From the human T2T-CHM13v2.0 reference genome, Homo sapiens, in assembly GCF_009914755.1 (NCBI RefSeq), contig NC_060925.1: DNA of 64,000 bases; one strand, given 5' to 3'. Position 1 is the stretch's first letter; the number at the start of each line of letters is the position of its first letter. This document shows, in pieces, positions 36,121-50,596 of this stretch. The translations under genes and the position numbers were made by a program. The notes under the pieces were generated by a model. That model made no database searches and was not told where the DNA came from. It was given only the letters and a program-made list of their open reading frames with translations.

Positions 36121-36603
36121 TGATTTTTGTTTTTCATTTAACACTTGCCATATGTGGCAGTTGTCCAGCATGCAGCACAGCAGTGTTATCTACTTGCACG
36201 GTGTGTTCTTGTGTTACCCTGATTCCAGGGATCTCCCCTGCCAGGAGGCTGACTGCCTGTTCCAGGGAATCAACCACAGAATATATGATGAGATGATGTG
36301 ATGAGGGGAAGAGGAAAGAAAAATGAACAAAAGACCTGGAAAATGAATGCTTGGTCCTTTCATATGGAGCCTAATGCTGCCACCCAGTGGTCAAATAATG
36401 CAGACAGACTTGCCAAAAAGTACATTGTGTTATGTAATGAATGCTGTGTGGATTTTTGTATGGACCGTGATAGATCCGAATCGTGTGACAAACACCTACC
36501 ATACAAAATATGTTTTAAAACATAAGCCTACTTTAAACAACAATTATGGGAGCACAGGTTATCTATATATTAACCCTAGACAATAACTTGGAAAGTACTT
36601 TTA

Positions 36604-37001
<398 letters not shown>

Positions 37002-38134
37002 TTAAATCCAAAGTTAGGACTCAACCATTATTCATATGAAGAAAGACAAGTAGCTGAGAGGCAAATATGAATATGAACATTGGAAACATTTGTTATGTAT
37101 ATATATCAGACAGAGACATTTTATTATATCATTAATGTCACAGAATGAAGCATATTGATTTTGAAACATTTTTAACAATGGGAGAAAGTTATATTTTTAA
37201 ATAAAAATTTAAAAATGTTTAATGCAGAAATAATGATAAAATTAATTCATGTTTCTGTAGGTCTGAAATCTAAAAGCTGGACTTGAAGCTATAAGAAAGG
37301 GACATTAGGGGCTTGATTCAGATCTCAGGAGAACTAGTGCAGTCCCATTTTGGTTCTCCGTATACCTGACTCCACTGAAGAGACAAGACTTAGAAAAGGT
37401 GAAGTGGGGCTGAAGGTAAGGGTGAGACTGAGGAGTCCTTGAGGCAGAATTTTCTGAAAACAAATTTCATTTTGTATTTAAAGGGCTACCTGCTAGATGC
37501 TTATATTCTTTTCAGAAGAACAACAATAATAAATATCTTTAATTGGACTGATAGCAGATGAGCCTAATGGAATTCACTGTTGACATTAACATATCCCAAA
37601 GGAATCTTCTGAGGGATAGTCAAGATTCCCCTTTCCCCAATTCTTACGATGGCTTTGAAAACTAGCCACCAGTTCAATTATTGACATGAGCTTAAAAATT
37701 GAGCTTAAGATACATTGTATTAAAAACTGGCAGTCAACAAATGATATTGTGACATTCTGTTTCTACATTCACTTGGAAATCAATGGGATAAAAGAAAGTC
37801 TACATTTACATGAAAATAAAAAGATTTGCTTTAATAAAAGAAAATTAACTTTTTAAAATCCAAGAATAAAATAGCGACTGCATAGAGAATGGGTTTCATA
37901 GTAGATGTGTGCAAAAGATTGGATTGGTGAGCAACATTTAAAAGAGCCAACTAATTTGAAATTCTAACGAGAGGGCAGGTGCCCAAAGCGAGAAGCACAT
38001 TAACCTTTGCTTTGGTAGGCTCTAGTAGATTACGGTGTTCAGTTTTTCCATGTCAGAGTGTCAGAGACCATGGCCCATGACTATTTGCTGAAGGAGCTGG
38101 GAATGGATGCTTAGAAAATATTTTTTGAAAGGTA

Positions 38135-39330
38135 TTCATTTACTCATTCAACCAGTATATACTGAATGTCTACTATATGACAGGACTGTTCTAGGCACTA
38201 GGGATATGGCAATGAACAAAACATCAAAATCCTTATAAGAATGGAACTTACATTTAGGGGAAAAAATTAGTAAAAGGAATAGTGATCGCTGCAGAGAAAA
38301 TAAGATGGAGGCTAAAGAGTGTCTGGGAAGTCTTGGAGTTTAAATACGTGGTCAAGGAAGGGTTCATAGTAAAACTGATTCTTGGGCAAAGACCAGAACT
38401 TTAGGGAGTATGCCACATGAATATCTATGTAAAGTACATTCCAGGGACAGGGAACAGCAAGTGCAAAGGTACTGAGGCAGAAACATGCTTGGTCTGTTAA
38501 AGGAACAGCAAGCAACCTTTAGGGCAGAAGAAGAGGGAGCAAAGTGGAGAATAGGAGATGATGTCACAGTGGGGTCGGGGAGGCAGAGGGCACAGACAAT
38601 TTAGGACCTTTTAGGCCCTTGTAAGGACTTTGGCTTTTACTCTAAGATAGAAAGCCACTGGGATGCTTTGAGTAGAGGGATAATTGACTGTATTTATAGT
38701 TTAACATGCCTAGCTGCTGTGTTAAATAATGAATGTAGAACATAGCAGGGTCAGTTAGGGAGCTGCTGTGGTACAATCCAAGTAAAAATGCTGACTTGGA
38801 CAAGCCTGGAAGCAACAGAGGCAGTGACATGTGGCTGGACTGGAGACATTTTTGGAAGCTGGAGTCAGTGGGGTATACGAGGGTAAGAGAGGAGCCAAGT
38901 CCCCAAGAGTTTTGGCCTAGAAAAATGAATTTGTTATTGATTGAGATGGGTAAGACTGTGTGGGTGGAGCAAGTTTTATGGGTACGTTTTAGACATAAGA
39001 TCCCTAAGTGAAGATGTTCCTTTATTGGTGTTCATTATACAAGTCTGGAGGTGAGGGGAGAGTTATGGGCCTCTAGAGGTACATATTTGAGAACCATCGC
39101 ATTCCTGTAAATCGCTATAATTGTGAATTGCATGAAATTGGATGAGATCACCAAGGAAGTGAGGGTAAGTAAAGACACCAGGGGTTAGTCACTGTGCGTC
39201 TTAAGATTTCTCTTTCGATTTTGTTTTCTTGGTGAAATAGAAAGCAAAGCATCAGCTGAGAGTGAAGATGAGGGTGTATTGTTGGAGCTTCGAGAAAAGA
39301 GAAGGCTTGCAATAGTCACTTAGGGGAGTG
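38135..39330 (-). mobile_element. L2 remnant
   Basis: ttcatttactcattcaac...actgaatgtctactat; agggaacagcaagtgcaaagg; gtaaggactttggcttttactct motifs. Confidence 0.7.
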
Positions 39331-42300
39331 GAGATCAGTGGGCAGGGTAGGGTGGGGATATAGTAGGATTGCCCAGGGGCATGAGGGTGAGGGGCCTCCG
39401 TTGAAGTTATGCCCATTCTGATAAGGAAGTATTAGACTTGGATTGTAGTTCCAAAGTACAGAATGGAACCACTGGGTGCAAACTATTCATAGAGTGGTTT
39501 CAGCCAACCCTAAAAAAGACCCTGCTAAAGATGAAGTCCTCTAAAATGACTATTGTGTTTGATTTCCACCTGAATATTAGACATGTAAAACTAGAATATT
39601 ATAGCTTCTCTAAAGGTCTTCCTTTTGTTTGGTATTCAAAGCATAAATGCTCATCAAAATTGTTTTCAGATTTTCTAAATATACCACTTTGTTCTGTCTC
39701 ATCTGTAAGTTTCATGCTACATTTTAAATCAAGTCTTAAATCACATATAATCTGTGTGTTTGCTCACATGCATGTATCTAATAGGGACAAGTTCAATAGC
39801 CTCCTGGTGAGACTTAATAATGCCTGTCTCCTTCATTGCCATACTTTTTACAGAGCTGCTTATTAATCTTGCCATATTCCAAGATCAAGGGTATGGTCCT
39901 GTTTACAGTCCTTAGCCTGGCGTTCCAGCCCTCCATGACTGAGGCCAGCTTCATTTTTCAACCTCATTTGCCACTGCCCTCTTCTGCCTGCCAGCTGCTA
40001 CCATCACAGGCCTGGCTTTTTTGCCATCTGCCTTTGCACAGGCCCTGCCTTTCTCCTGGAAGGGTCACCACCTATCTCCTCATGTCCATATCTGACCTCA
40101 TCTCCAAATCCTAACTCAGATGCTATCTTATCCATGAAACCAGTGCCTGTACCTTTCAAACCCACCCCCCCCACCCCCCGCCCATTTTCCTTGTCTGGAA
40201 AAAGCTTTAGCACTTCACTTCTATTTCTCTTTTGTCAAAGTGACAGTCCCCTTTTAGAATTATGTTTTGCATTCCTCTTCCTTCCCCTCCTAGGATATGA
40301 GCTGTGGGAGGGCATAGTCCAAGTTTCATTCATCCAGGTAAACCTCATAGCACACAAGCCCAGTGCCCGCAATAGACCACTTATGAAGGAATGGATGTCT
40401 AGATCCTACAAATACAAAATAGAAGGAAAAATATTTGCTAACTTTATATTCTTTCCCTCTTTTGTGTTTTGTTGTGGTTGTGGTTGTGGTTCTTATGTAG
40501 GAATTTATTTCTCCCAGAGCACTGAGCTTTCTTTCAAAATTTTAAATCATCATTCCCCATTCACCAGTCCTTACACTAGAAGTTAGATATCTTTGATAGG
40601 GCGTATCAGAAGAATTACCTTTCTCCCAGTATCACATGGGCTACAGTGAAACCCATTTTCTTTTTTTTTTTTAAGGTTTAAATTTTTAATTGTGATAAAA
40701 ACATAAAATTACTATTAAATATTTAAGTGTATAGTTTAGTAATGTTCAGTATATTTACATTATTTTGCAACAGATCTCTAGATTTTCATTTTACAAAAGT
40801 AAAATCTGATAATTAATAAACTGCACTTTTCCCCCTCTTCTCCTCAGCTCCTGAAGAGAACATCATTTGACTTTCTGTTTTTATAACTGGGACTAACTTT
40901 TATATCTCACATTGGTGTAATCATACCATGTCTGTCTCTTTTTGAATGTCTTATTTTACTCAACGTAATGTTTGCAGGCTTTGTCTTTATTGTAAGATGA
41001 GTGACACCCACTTTCATTTCCTGTTCTAATATTTTCCTGTGCTGCTCAGTGAAGTTTTTTGCTGATTTCATAGGTCTCAGTTGGTTCTCACTGTGAATGG
41101 TGTAGCACCATTGGGAAGCCCTTTGAATAAAAGAATGTAATAAATTTCCTATCTGGCTTCTGACAGTGAAGATGGTATAGAAAGACAGAAACCCAGGCTG
41201 TTGCTTTGCTGCATGCCAAGACATGAAAGAATAGATAACTACATGGCAAGAAGAATTGGGGAAGGTGGGTGAGAAGAGCAGGAGCATCCCAGATCCCAGA
41301 GTGAGCAGTCTGCTTCCCTCCCCCAGTCTTTGGAAAATCTCACTTGTAGAATGGACTGATGACTTCTAAGAGGAGGAAAGCTGCTAAAAAGAGTTCTTTA
41401 TACCTGAAGTAAGGTCTGATGGTGTTAGTGGCTGGGGTCCAACATTCAGAAAGATCACCTACCAGCGAAGGGGCCCTAATGAAGAAGGCAGCTGGAGAGA
41501 ATAACCAAGAGGCTGGAGACTGGGAGGAAGGGTTTTTGGGGCAGAGGCTCCACCTAAGAGGTGAGCAAGCTGTTTGGTGCAGCAGCCCTTCTCTAGGGCT
41601 GAACCCCTCGTCACCATCAACTCAGCTTTGACAACTATCAACTTACGGCAGGTCTCCTTTCATCTACCCTCTCACCTGCTTCCCTTCTAACATTCTAGCA
41701 CAAACCCCAGACATACTTTACTACCAGGAAAAAAATGTCGAGGCAGAAATTCAAGCCAGATTCTTTGCCCATCAGCTTCACTCTGTGAAACATTCCTTTA
41801 CACTGGGCTTGTGTGAAGACGCTTTGTATTGGTCTGTCCCCACAGTAAGCCACTTTGAAATGAGATACCAGAGGACGCAGCGTTCTTTCAGTCTTGTCAT
41901 CCCTCTAACATGGACCACTGAGAACTACTTTAGCAAGGAGTTGAGAGAGACCTATCATCTGTTCCCTCTGAGGCTGGCTGCACTTTTAAAAATTGTGACC
42001 GTTGTTGGTTCAAAAACAATTGCAGTTTTAATTGCAACGTGAGAAGGCTCCTGTGTGTTACTGGAAGCTTTACTCATCAGTCATTTCTAAGTTCTTGCAT
42101 ATTAAGTCACATAATTCTGCATTGATAAAAGCTTGCTGCACTTATTTTTGTAAAAGCTGAAACTAAGAGGCATTAAGCTGAGCAGTGCTACACCATCTGA
42201 TTTACTGTGCTGATCACTGTGACCACTTGTGAGGACATATGGCCCACTTTCAGGTCAGAATCTCTGGGATGGTGCCTGAAAACCTGCATTTTAATATGCT

Positions 42301-42844
42301 CGCCAGGCGATTATTGTGGAGACCAAAGCTCTGAGTTTCCCATTGCTCTCTAGAATGTTTCATGTTGTTTTCTTTGATGTCATTTGTCAGTTTCTACACC
42401 TATTGATTTATTCTCTCACCACTCCTCTTGTCACCAGGCACACTTAACATCTAATTCAATATGCAGCTTGATGTCTTAGCCACTCCTCCTTCAGAGGAAT
42501 ACTGACATTCGGTGTTGATATTCTGAGTCCGTGGGTTTAACTAGCTGTGATCAGCAGAAGCAGCTGCATGCAGTGCTCTAATTTTTTCTTTTCCCAAAAA
42601 GTTGGGGTTGGGAGTGAAGGTGCTGAGACTGGTTTGTGTCTTGCAGAAATTCCAAAGGCGATGTTGATACAGAAATTTAAAAGTCTTATTTAACAAAGGG
42701 GTTTGTGTATTTTTTGATAGTTTGGGTATTTATCCTGTTATTCTATATTCACCAAGTCAAAGTGGAATGCTTTTCTTATAAATATCTTTAATGAATAAGC
42801 CAACTTTAGATTTTAAAACTAGCTGCAATTTTATTTTCTCATAG

Positions 42845-42991
42845 GTGTCATCTTTAAGAAATGAAAAGCGAGGCTCATCATATCTCATCTCTGCCCCAGA
42901 AGGTGGTTCAGTGGAATGTGTTGACCAGCATTCTCAGGGCACAGGAGCATATTACATGGAAACTTACTTAAAAAAGAAGCGAGTATACTGA
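42845..42991 (+). CDS. RAVER2: RAVER2 exon 12, coding part (VSSLRNEKRG...YLKKKRVY*)
   Basis: ttttctcatag| acceptor, 49 codons ending in TGA at 42989-42991; C-terminal basic KKKR NLS-like motif. Confidence 0.93.
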   Translation: MSSLRNEKRGSSYLISAPEGGSVECVDQHSQGTGAYYMETYLKKKRVY

Positions 42992-43669
42992 GTTAAGCTC
43001 TCTCCTAATAACCCCCTAAGGTTCTCTGCAGTATCTCTGCTGTTCATCGCTGCCTTAACTTCATTCAAACTAGCCATATCCTTTAAATACGGGTTTATAG
43101 TTTCCCAGAAGGAACTGTGTTGTGCAGCAGGCAGAAATGCCAAATAAAAAATAGCAATAAGAAGAGACATCAATTGAGGACATTTTCCACTAGAGTCAGA
43201 TGCATCTTAATCAGTGTGCTAACTTACAATCCATTGGAGAAACTAACAATGTTCCAATATTCCTTGATTTAGGACTGGGAATAATTCTGACACCATATAT
43301 AAAAGAAGTTTGAAGCAATAAATGGGAAACAGTGTTGTTTCCTGAGCCTTAGAAGAATGAGTTTCTTATAAGCCAATGTGCATTTCAATTTACTTTCCCT
43401 AGAAGTAATTGCATTTATAGATTTTTAGGACTTTTCCTAGAACTACAAGGGTGCAAGTACCAAATGTGCTGATGGTAATATTATAAAGATGCTCTACATG
43501 CACACTCAATTACGCCCACACCAGCCATGCAAAATTAAACCCGGTAAGAGAGTGACAGTGATGTCCAAGGTATCCACTACTACCGATGCTTTAAGATGTT
43601 GTTTACCATTTATACCTTCTGTGAAAAATAGAAGGTATTTTAAGAAAAGTAACTTTGGTGATCTAATAA

Positions 43670-44001
43670 AAGGGTTTGGCAAACTACACCCTGGGTCCAC
43701 ATTTGGTCTACCACCCGCTTTTGTGCTGCCTGCAAGCTAAGACTAATGTTTACATTTTTAAATGGTTGGAGGAAAAAAGAAAACTTATGACATGAAATTT
43801 ATATGAAATTCAGATTTCAGTGTCCATAAATAAACTTTTATTGGGACGTTGCCATGCTCATTCATTTACGTGTTGTCTGTGGCACTCTTACGCTACAAGG
43901 GCAGAACTGATTAGCTTCAACAGAGACTGTATGGCCTACAAAGACCATATGGCCTAAAATTTCAAGTATCTGGCCATTTATATATAGTTTGCTGATCCCT
44001 G
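43670..44001. mobile_element. MER58B-like hAT element inside the RAVER2 3'UTR
   Basis: agggtttggcaaactac ... tttgctgatccctg ends. Confidence 0.7.
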
Positions 44002-45208
44002 ATCTAATAGCACTAATTCTAATAGCAACTATTCCTTTCAATTCACCTAAAGACAGACCTTTAGCCTTTAGACAGACTTGTAAGTGGAAAGGAACATGGG
44101 TTTCTGTGCTCATTTCATAGCGTAGACTAGTAATGATCTAATGACTAGAATGGGGCCTATTTTGATCACTAAATGCCCTATTTCCACAATATAGTATAGT
44201 AAAGCAGTCAATACTGCACTTTCTGATGGAGTCTTAAGGAGTCACAGTATTTATAACCATTTTGAGCTAATAAGCTATACCTCACTCTCTGCTTTCTCTC
44301 TCTCTCTTTTTGATAGTGTGTTAGGGTGAAAAATCAGTTATTTAACCCAATTTACTTGTGAAAGAAGTTTTATCTTTATGGACTATGATGACTTTTGACA
44401 TCACCATTTCTTGAAGACCTTGGTATTAAATGCATGAGAAACCTTTTGCCATCTAGAAATTTCTAAGTTTGTTTATGTTATAAGACTGTAATTAATTGAT
44501 AGGGAATTTGGGATCTCAATCCGGGGCTTTTTGAAATCAGATCATTAAATATCTCGTCACTTTGGGGACTTGTTATTTTTAACTATGATGTGGATATCCT
44601 GTTTTAATTATGAAGTCTAGAATTGGTACATATGTTGTATGCTTTGTAAAGAATTTCACTTGGTCTAATTTATTGCATATACTAGCTTCTGTTGGAAAAT
44701 GACTGACAGCTAGAAAGTTTAAGGTAATTTCTAAGTATACTACCTATAAGTAACTGATAAGAATTAGGCATCATTCAGTGATATAGCAGATGACTAATGG
44801 GTTTTTCAGGCCCTGCACTTCTCTTTCCCATTTTCCTGTTGCATTCAGCCTCTTCAATGCTTAGTCACACCTCCACTATAGTACAAACAAACAAACAAAC
44901 AGAAGAAAGGAAAGATGGTGAATTTTGCAACAGAGCTGCAAAAAGTCAGTCAAAGCAGGAAGAGGTTGAAGGAACTAAAACAAACAAACAAAGGTGTCTG
45001 GACTACAGCACAGTGGACATGCCATCCATACTGGCCTGTGCCCCGTTATCAATCACTGGGCACAACAGTGAAGAAGTGCAAATCAAGTGGTGTTTGTTTG
45101 TTTGTTTGTAGTAAGGACCGTAACCCACCCCTTCCTCCCCCCAAAACTATACTGTTATTTTTCTATGTAAGCAAATTGTTTGAAATGCTTTGAAAATGAA
45201 ATCTTAAT

Positions 45209-45214
45209 ATTAAA
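45209..45214 (+). terminator. Probable distal RAVER2 poly(A) signal ATTAAA
   Basis: ATTAAA followed ~20-40 nt later by T/GT-rich sequence (tctttagtatatttatttgt). Confidence 0.65.
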
Positions 45215-45224
45215 AGGCATATGC

Positions 45225-46564
45225 ATGTAAAGTCTTTAGTATATTTATTTGTATAAAGAGTAAACAAAGTGCATATAGAGTGGCCACAGGTTTGACACAG
45301 AGACCTTGGTGATGTAGGCTATGAACAAATTTAAATGGCAACTTCATTGCTGCCACTGAACCAATCCTGAATTTGGGCTCAACAGGTGAAAAGTAACAAT
45401 ATCCAACGAATACTAAACAGCATAACAAAAAGATTTTCAGACTCTTGGTCATAAAGACCGTAATCGTTCACATTGAATCAATGACTAAACATTTTTGATT
45501 ACCCAGCTACCTCCAAGCAAACTGAAAACTGTCTAGTGGATCCTGAAGTCCATAGTGCCTCTAGCCGGGTCTTTCAAGTGTTGCACCACAGGGTGATGAT
45601 TGATGGTAAAAACAGGGATCAACCCTTGTAGATCGGTGGTAAGTATGGAAACCCTCTAAGAACAGTGCAGCGTATGTGGTATTCAGACTGGTTGCATACA
45701 GCATTCAAAACCAGTGCTGGAATAGCTTGCCCCAAAGTGGTAGAGTTATAAAAGGATATACATTGACGTTTCTTAAAAGCATGTGTAATAGCATCCAGGT
45801 TCTGGGAATGAGTTCTGATTAAAGGTATACTGCTTAGGAAAGCACTGGCACAGGCTTAGTTCTTGAGAATTAATTAACATGCAGCAAATTATCTATTCCA
45901 CAGCTATCCCCCCATGTAGAACCAGCTTTCTCAAAAATGGGTGCTAGTGATCACCCAAAGGAACAGGAGCTAAGCCACTGGAGAAACAAAGTTTAAGTCC
46001 TACTGGTGAGAGAATACAGTCATTTTTGTACAGAAACAATATATACTACCTGGTATCTAATATTTTAAGAATGCATGGTCTAGTACTGTATAGATACTGA
46101 AATTTGAGGGCTAAGTCCATCAATCTTTCTTTATCTATGATTAATGTGCCAGCAAAACATTTCAGATCAGCTGGCAGCAGGGAAAAGCAATCATCTTCAG
46201 ATATTATTTTGGTCAACTCCTCGTTTTCAAAAATCCCCTTTTGGTAATGCAGTTGTGATGGTGAACTAGCCAGATGAAATGGTGGTATATTCTTTCCACA
46301 AGGAGGAGTGCTTAAGTGCTTTCAAATATTTTGGTTGTCATTATGTGTCACTAAGTTACTGGTACCAAATTTAAAGAGGAAGTCCTTACACATATTAAGC
46401 ACTACAGTGTGCCTTATACATGTATATGTACTGAAGTATGAGTTCAGTGACTTTTTGGACAGAACACAAACTTCTTTCATTAGAAATTTTTAAAAAATGA
46501 CTTGGGCATTTGTTGCAGGAGAAGGACTTGATAATCTGTGGAATTTAAATGTTATTCATGCTTC
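45225..46564 (-). other. JAK1: JAK1 3'UTR (end approximate)
   Basis: Lies between the stop codon and the AATAAA-directed cleavage region. Confidence 0.8.
45244..45249 (-). terminator. JAK1 poly(A) signal AATAAA
   Basis: tttatt on the + strand, ~1.3 kb downstream of the JAK1 stop; T-rich sequence follows on the - strand. Confidence 0.75.
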
Positions 46565-46777
<213 letters not shown>

Positions 46778-47341
46778 CTAGAAAAACAAGAGTATTTGAA
46801 TAGTTTAAAACACAGAAAATGGGATACAACTCTAGTTCATAAATAATATTTTAACATTTGAGAAGCTCAAGGGTTGACTGGCTGCAATAAAATCCAGGTC
46901 ATTCCTGTAAACCAGTTAGAGGGTGAAGCAGAATCTCAGTTCAGACTTGAACTTTCCAGACTGGCTGCCTCACTCTCTGACTCATACTGTTCAGTGTGTC
47001 TTACACAGTCTCAAGAGTTTAGTATTAAAGGCTCAATTCACTTAGAAAACTGAATTATAAATGCTAATAAGTGGGATAAACTTACACACAAAAAATGCAA
47101 TTATATGTATTTGTCACACTAAGGCTACACCAAAACCTGTCCCTCTGGGGCAAGCAAGTGGATAAAGAGGGGCTGGCTTTTGGAGGGAATCCTTGCTCTG
47201 AACCTAACTGGTGGCTATCATCTAGCCCCAAAGGCGATTTCTCAGTTATCTTATGTGAAATTCAGCTTCAGAAAACTATTTTACAAGGACTTCACTGCAT
47301 CATTTCCTCGCTCTCCCCTCTACCCATTGCTGGACAACTCA

Positions 47342-47509
<168 letters not shown>

Positions 47510-48076
47510 CTATATAAAATAAAATCAAACAAAACGTTTAACTTTGCAAGTATTTACATAAATGCCAAACAGATTAAGGTGAAATTTCTACAATCAACTG
47601 GAAATTTAAGTAGCAATAAAAAGGCTTTTCTCCTTAGTAACTTTAAATAAAAATCCAAAATCCTTATTAGCTTTCAATGATCTGTCTCTAACCAGTGTCT
47701 TAGACTCTACCAACCACTCCTTGTGCTTGTGCTGGTCAAGGAGTCTGTTCCCAAGAAAATGATCTGATTTAGGAATGAAGGAGGCACAGACAAGGCTGGT
47801 CCCTACCCAATGCTACCCCACTTAACTTGCTCATTTTCCCATAAAACTGCCCTTCATCTCTACACAGATAAGATCCTTGAGAGTCAAGGTCATCCTATAG
47901 AACTCCGGGCTCGTTGTGAAAGCAAGACTTGAGAGATTCACAAATAACTGTCAAGTAGCAAACCAAGTTAATGGGAAAGTGACATTTTACATTATAATAC
48001 ATTCATTGGATTCCATTTAAAAACAAAAGTTAACCAAGCAGAGGGATGGACACATTTTAAATGGGTACTGGATTCA

Positions 48077-48244
<168 letters not shown>

Positions 48245-48797
48245 TCATTTCCTGGGAGGCACACTCCATCCGACATTACAGGATAACTGAAAAATCACCT
48301 CTTCGGTTTTTCTTATAATTTAATACAGCATCTGACTGTGTATTATATATTTTACACATACCATGTATACGCTGCTATGGTGCACATCTGACCTATAGTA
48401 CGGTATCCTTTACAGGCTCTCGGTAGCACGTATCTGCCCTAAAATAACACGCCAAGTCTGTGCTCTTCATTTCACTGAGAACATGCTCTCAGGGTATGGG
48501 AGGAGGTGGCCGTGTAATGATGAGCCCCAGGTCTGATTTGCCTGCAGGCTCTAAATGAGACAGCAGTGGCCTCACTGCACAATGTGGCATCGCTGTCCAA
48601 TCCTCTTCCAGCATTGCCTACTTTGCTGAATGACACCCACTTGCCCAAGCCAAAAATGAAGGCATTCCACCGCACCCAATCTCCTTATATACTCCTTGAA
48701 CCTACTCACTTCTCTCAAACCCTACTGTCACTATCCCAGTCCCTGTCCTAATTCATGCTGTCACTAGCTCTGGCCTGAGCTGTTGAAGCAGCCAAAT

Positions 48798-48844
48798 CAG
48801 ACTCCCTGGCTCCAGACTCCCTGGCTCCAGACTCCCTGGCTCCA
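48798..48844 (+). repeat. 15-bp tandem repeat (cagactccctggctc) x3.1
   Basis: Three identical copies read directly. Confidence 0.95.
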
Positions 48845-49933
48845 ATCTTGTTCCCTTCATTCAGTGGTGGTCTTTTTAAAACAAAGTCTCCCTCCTTAAA
48901 CTCTCCAGCAGCATCCCATTGTTCTTGAGATGAAGTCCCAGCTCCATGACTCAAGCTTCCTCCTGCAAACCTCCTATTCCATGATCTGACCTCACTGAGG
49001 TTCAGTTCCTGGGAAATCGACTGCTCTTGTCTCATTCTTCCTAGTCACGCATGCTGTCTAGCAACCGTCTGTCTAAACCCGCATGAATCTTTCAGGTTTC
49101 TTCTGAACACTCACGACTTCCAGAAAACCAAGCCCGAACCCTTCTGTATGTTTCCTGCTCCATGCCGTTGGCTGCCTAGCCTGTTAAACTCTAAACTCGG
49201 CCTACTTGTTCACCATATCTCCAGTACTGGCACAAAGCAGGACCTTGATGCATTTTCTTAAATGAATGAATGAGTAAGTTTAGGCTCCATAAGTGGGAGA
49301 GGTCTATGTTTGTGTCCATGTAGGATGCACCTAGGGGAGTGCTGATTGGTTATGTCGTTATGTGGTTACGTGGCAGGGTGCGGTAGAGATGTAAGCAGCC
49401 TCTCCCCTGGACAGTGTTCCTGGCTGAGACATGGTTGTAGCCAGTGTGTGGCCTTCTAACCTGGGAACCTCTGGTGATTCATGAGACAGCCAGGTCTCCC
49501 GTAGGTTTTGCTCTGCTCTGTCCAGGAGTTCCCTGAATCTGCAATGCCCACTCTGTCCTACAGCCTCCCTCTGCAGGAATGTGTTTAAGAAAGGAACTAG
49601 ATTCTCTCCACCTGCTCACAGTTTTAAGAACTGCATCAGATGAATGCCCTCTCCTGGGAAGCTAGGAATGTTGAGCTGGTGGTTAGATTTCTTTCATTCC
49701 TTGGAAGACGGTGTCATATGAAGCTCAGTCATTTATATAGGCTGCTTTCAATGAAACAGGCTGAAAGGTGTGTTTCTTGAAGATAAATATCAATCAATTC
49801 CAAATGTTCTAAACCTTCTCTAACCTTGAGTCAGGCCAGAGGAATGAGACACATTAATATAGCCAGAAAGGGCCTATTAAAACAGTGTAAACTCTATGAA
49901 GCATTGATAAAACCTAGTGGTTTGATTCAGTTA

Positions 49934-50164
<231 letters not shown>

Positions 50165-50401
50165 CTATCACTTCATCAGAAAAAATAGAAATGTCATTTC
50201 ATTCACATATCACTGACAATTTTTTTGGTTCTGACTTTTATGCAAGAATATTAAGAACAAACTGATTCAAATAAATACACATTAAAATAACCATATTTAA
50301 ATCCGTTTACTTTCTTAGTAGAAGCTAACTTTTCATCTAAATAATGCAGAGAAAAACAAACAGTATAATTATCATAAACTTACCCACTTAGAGTCAAATT
50401 A

Positions 50402-50596
<195 letters not shown>

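Larger units (their letters stand above)
42992..45235 (+). other. RAVER2: RAVER2 3'UTR (end approximate)
   Basis: Follows the stop codon; several AATAAA hexamers and a distal ATTAAA at 45209. Confidence 0.75.

Noticed and set aside
44797-45111. 104-aa ORF in the RAVER2 3'UTR
   Set aside because: Downstream of the true stop, includes microsatellite-derived residues, and shows no recognisable homology.
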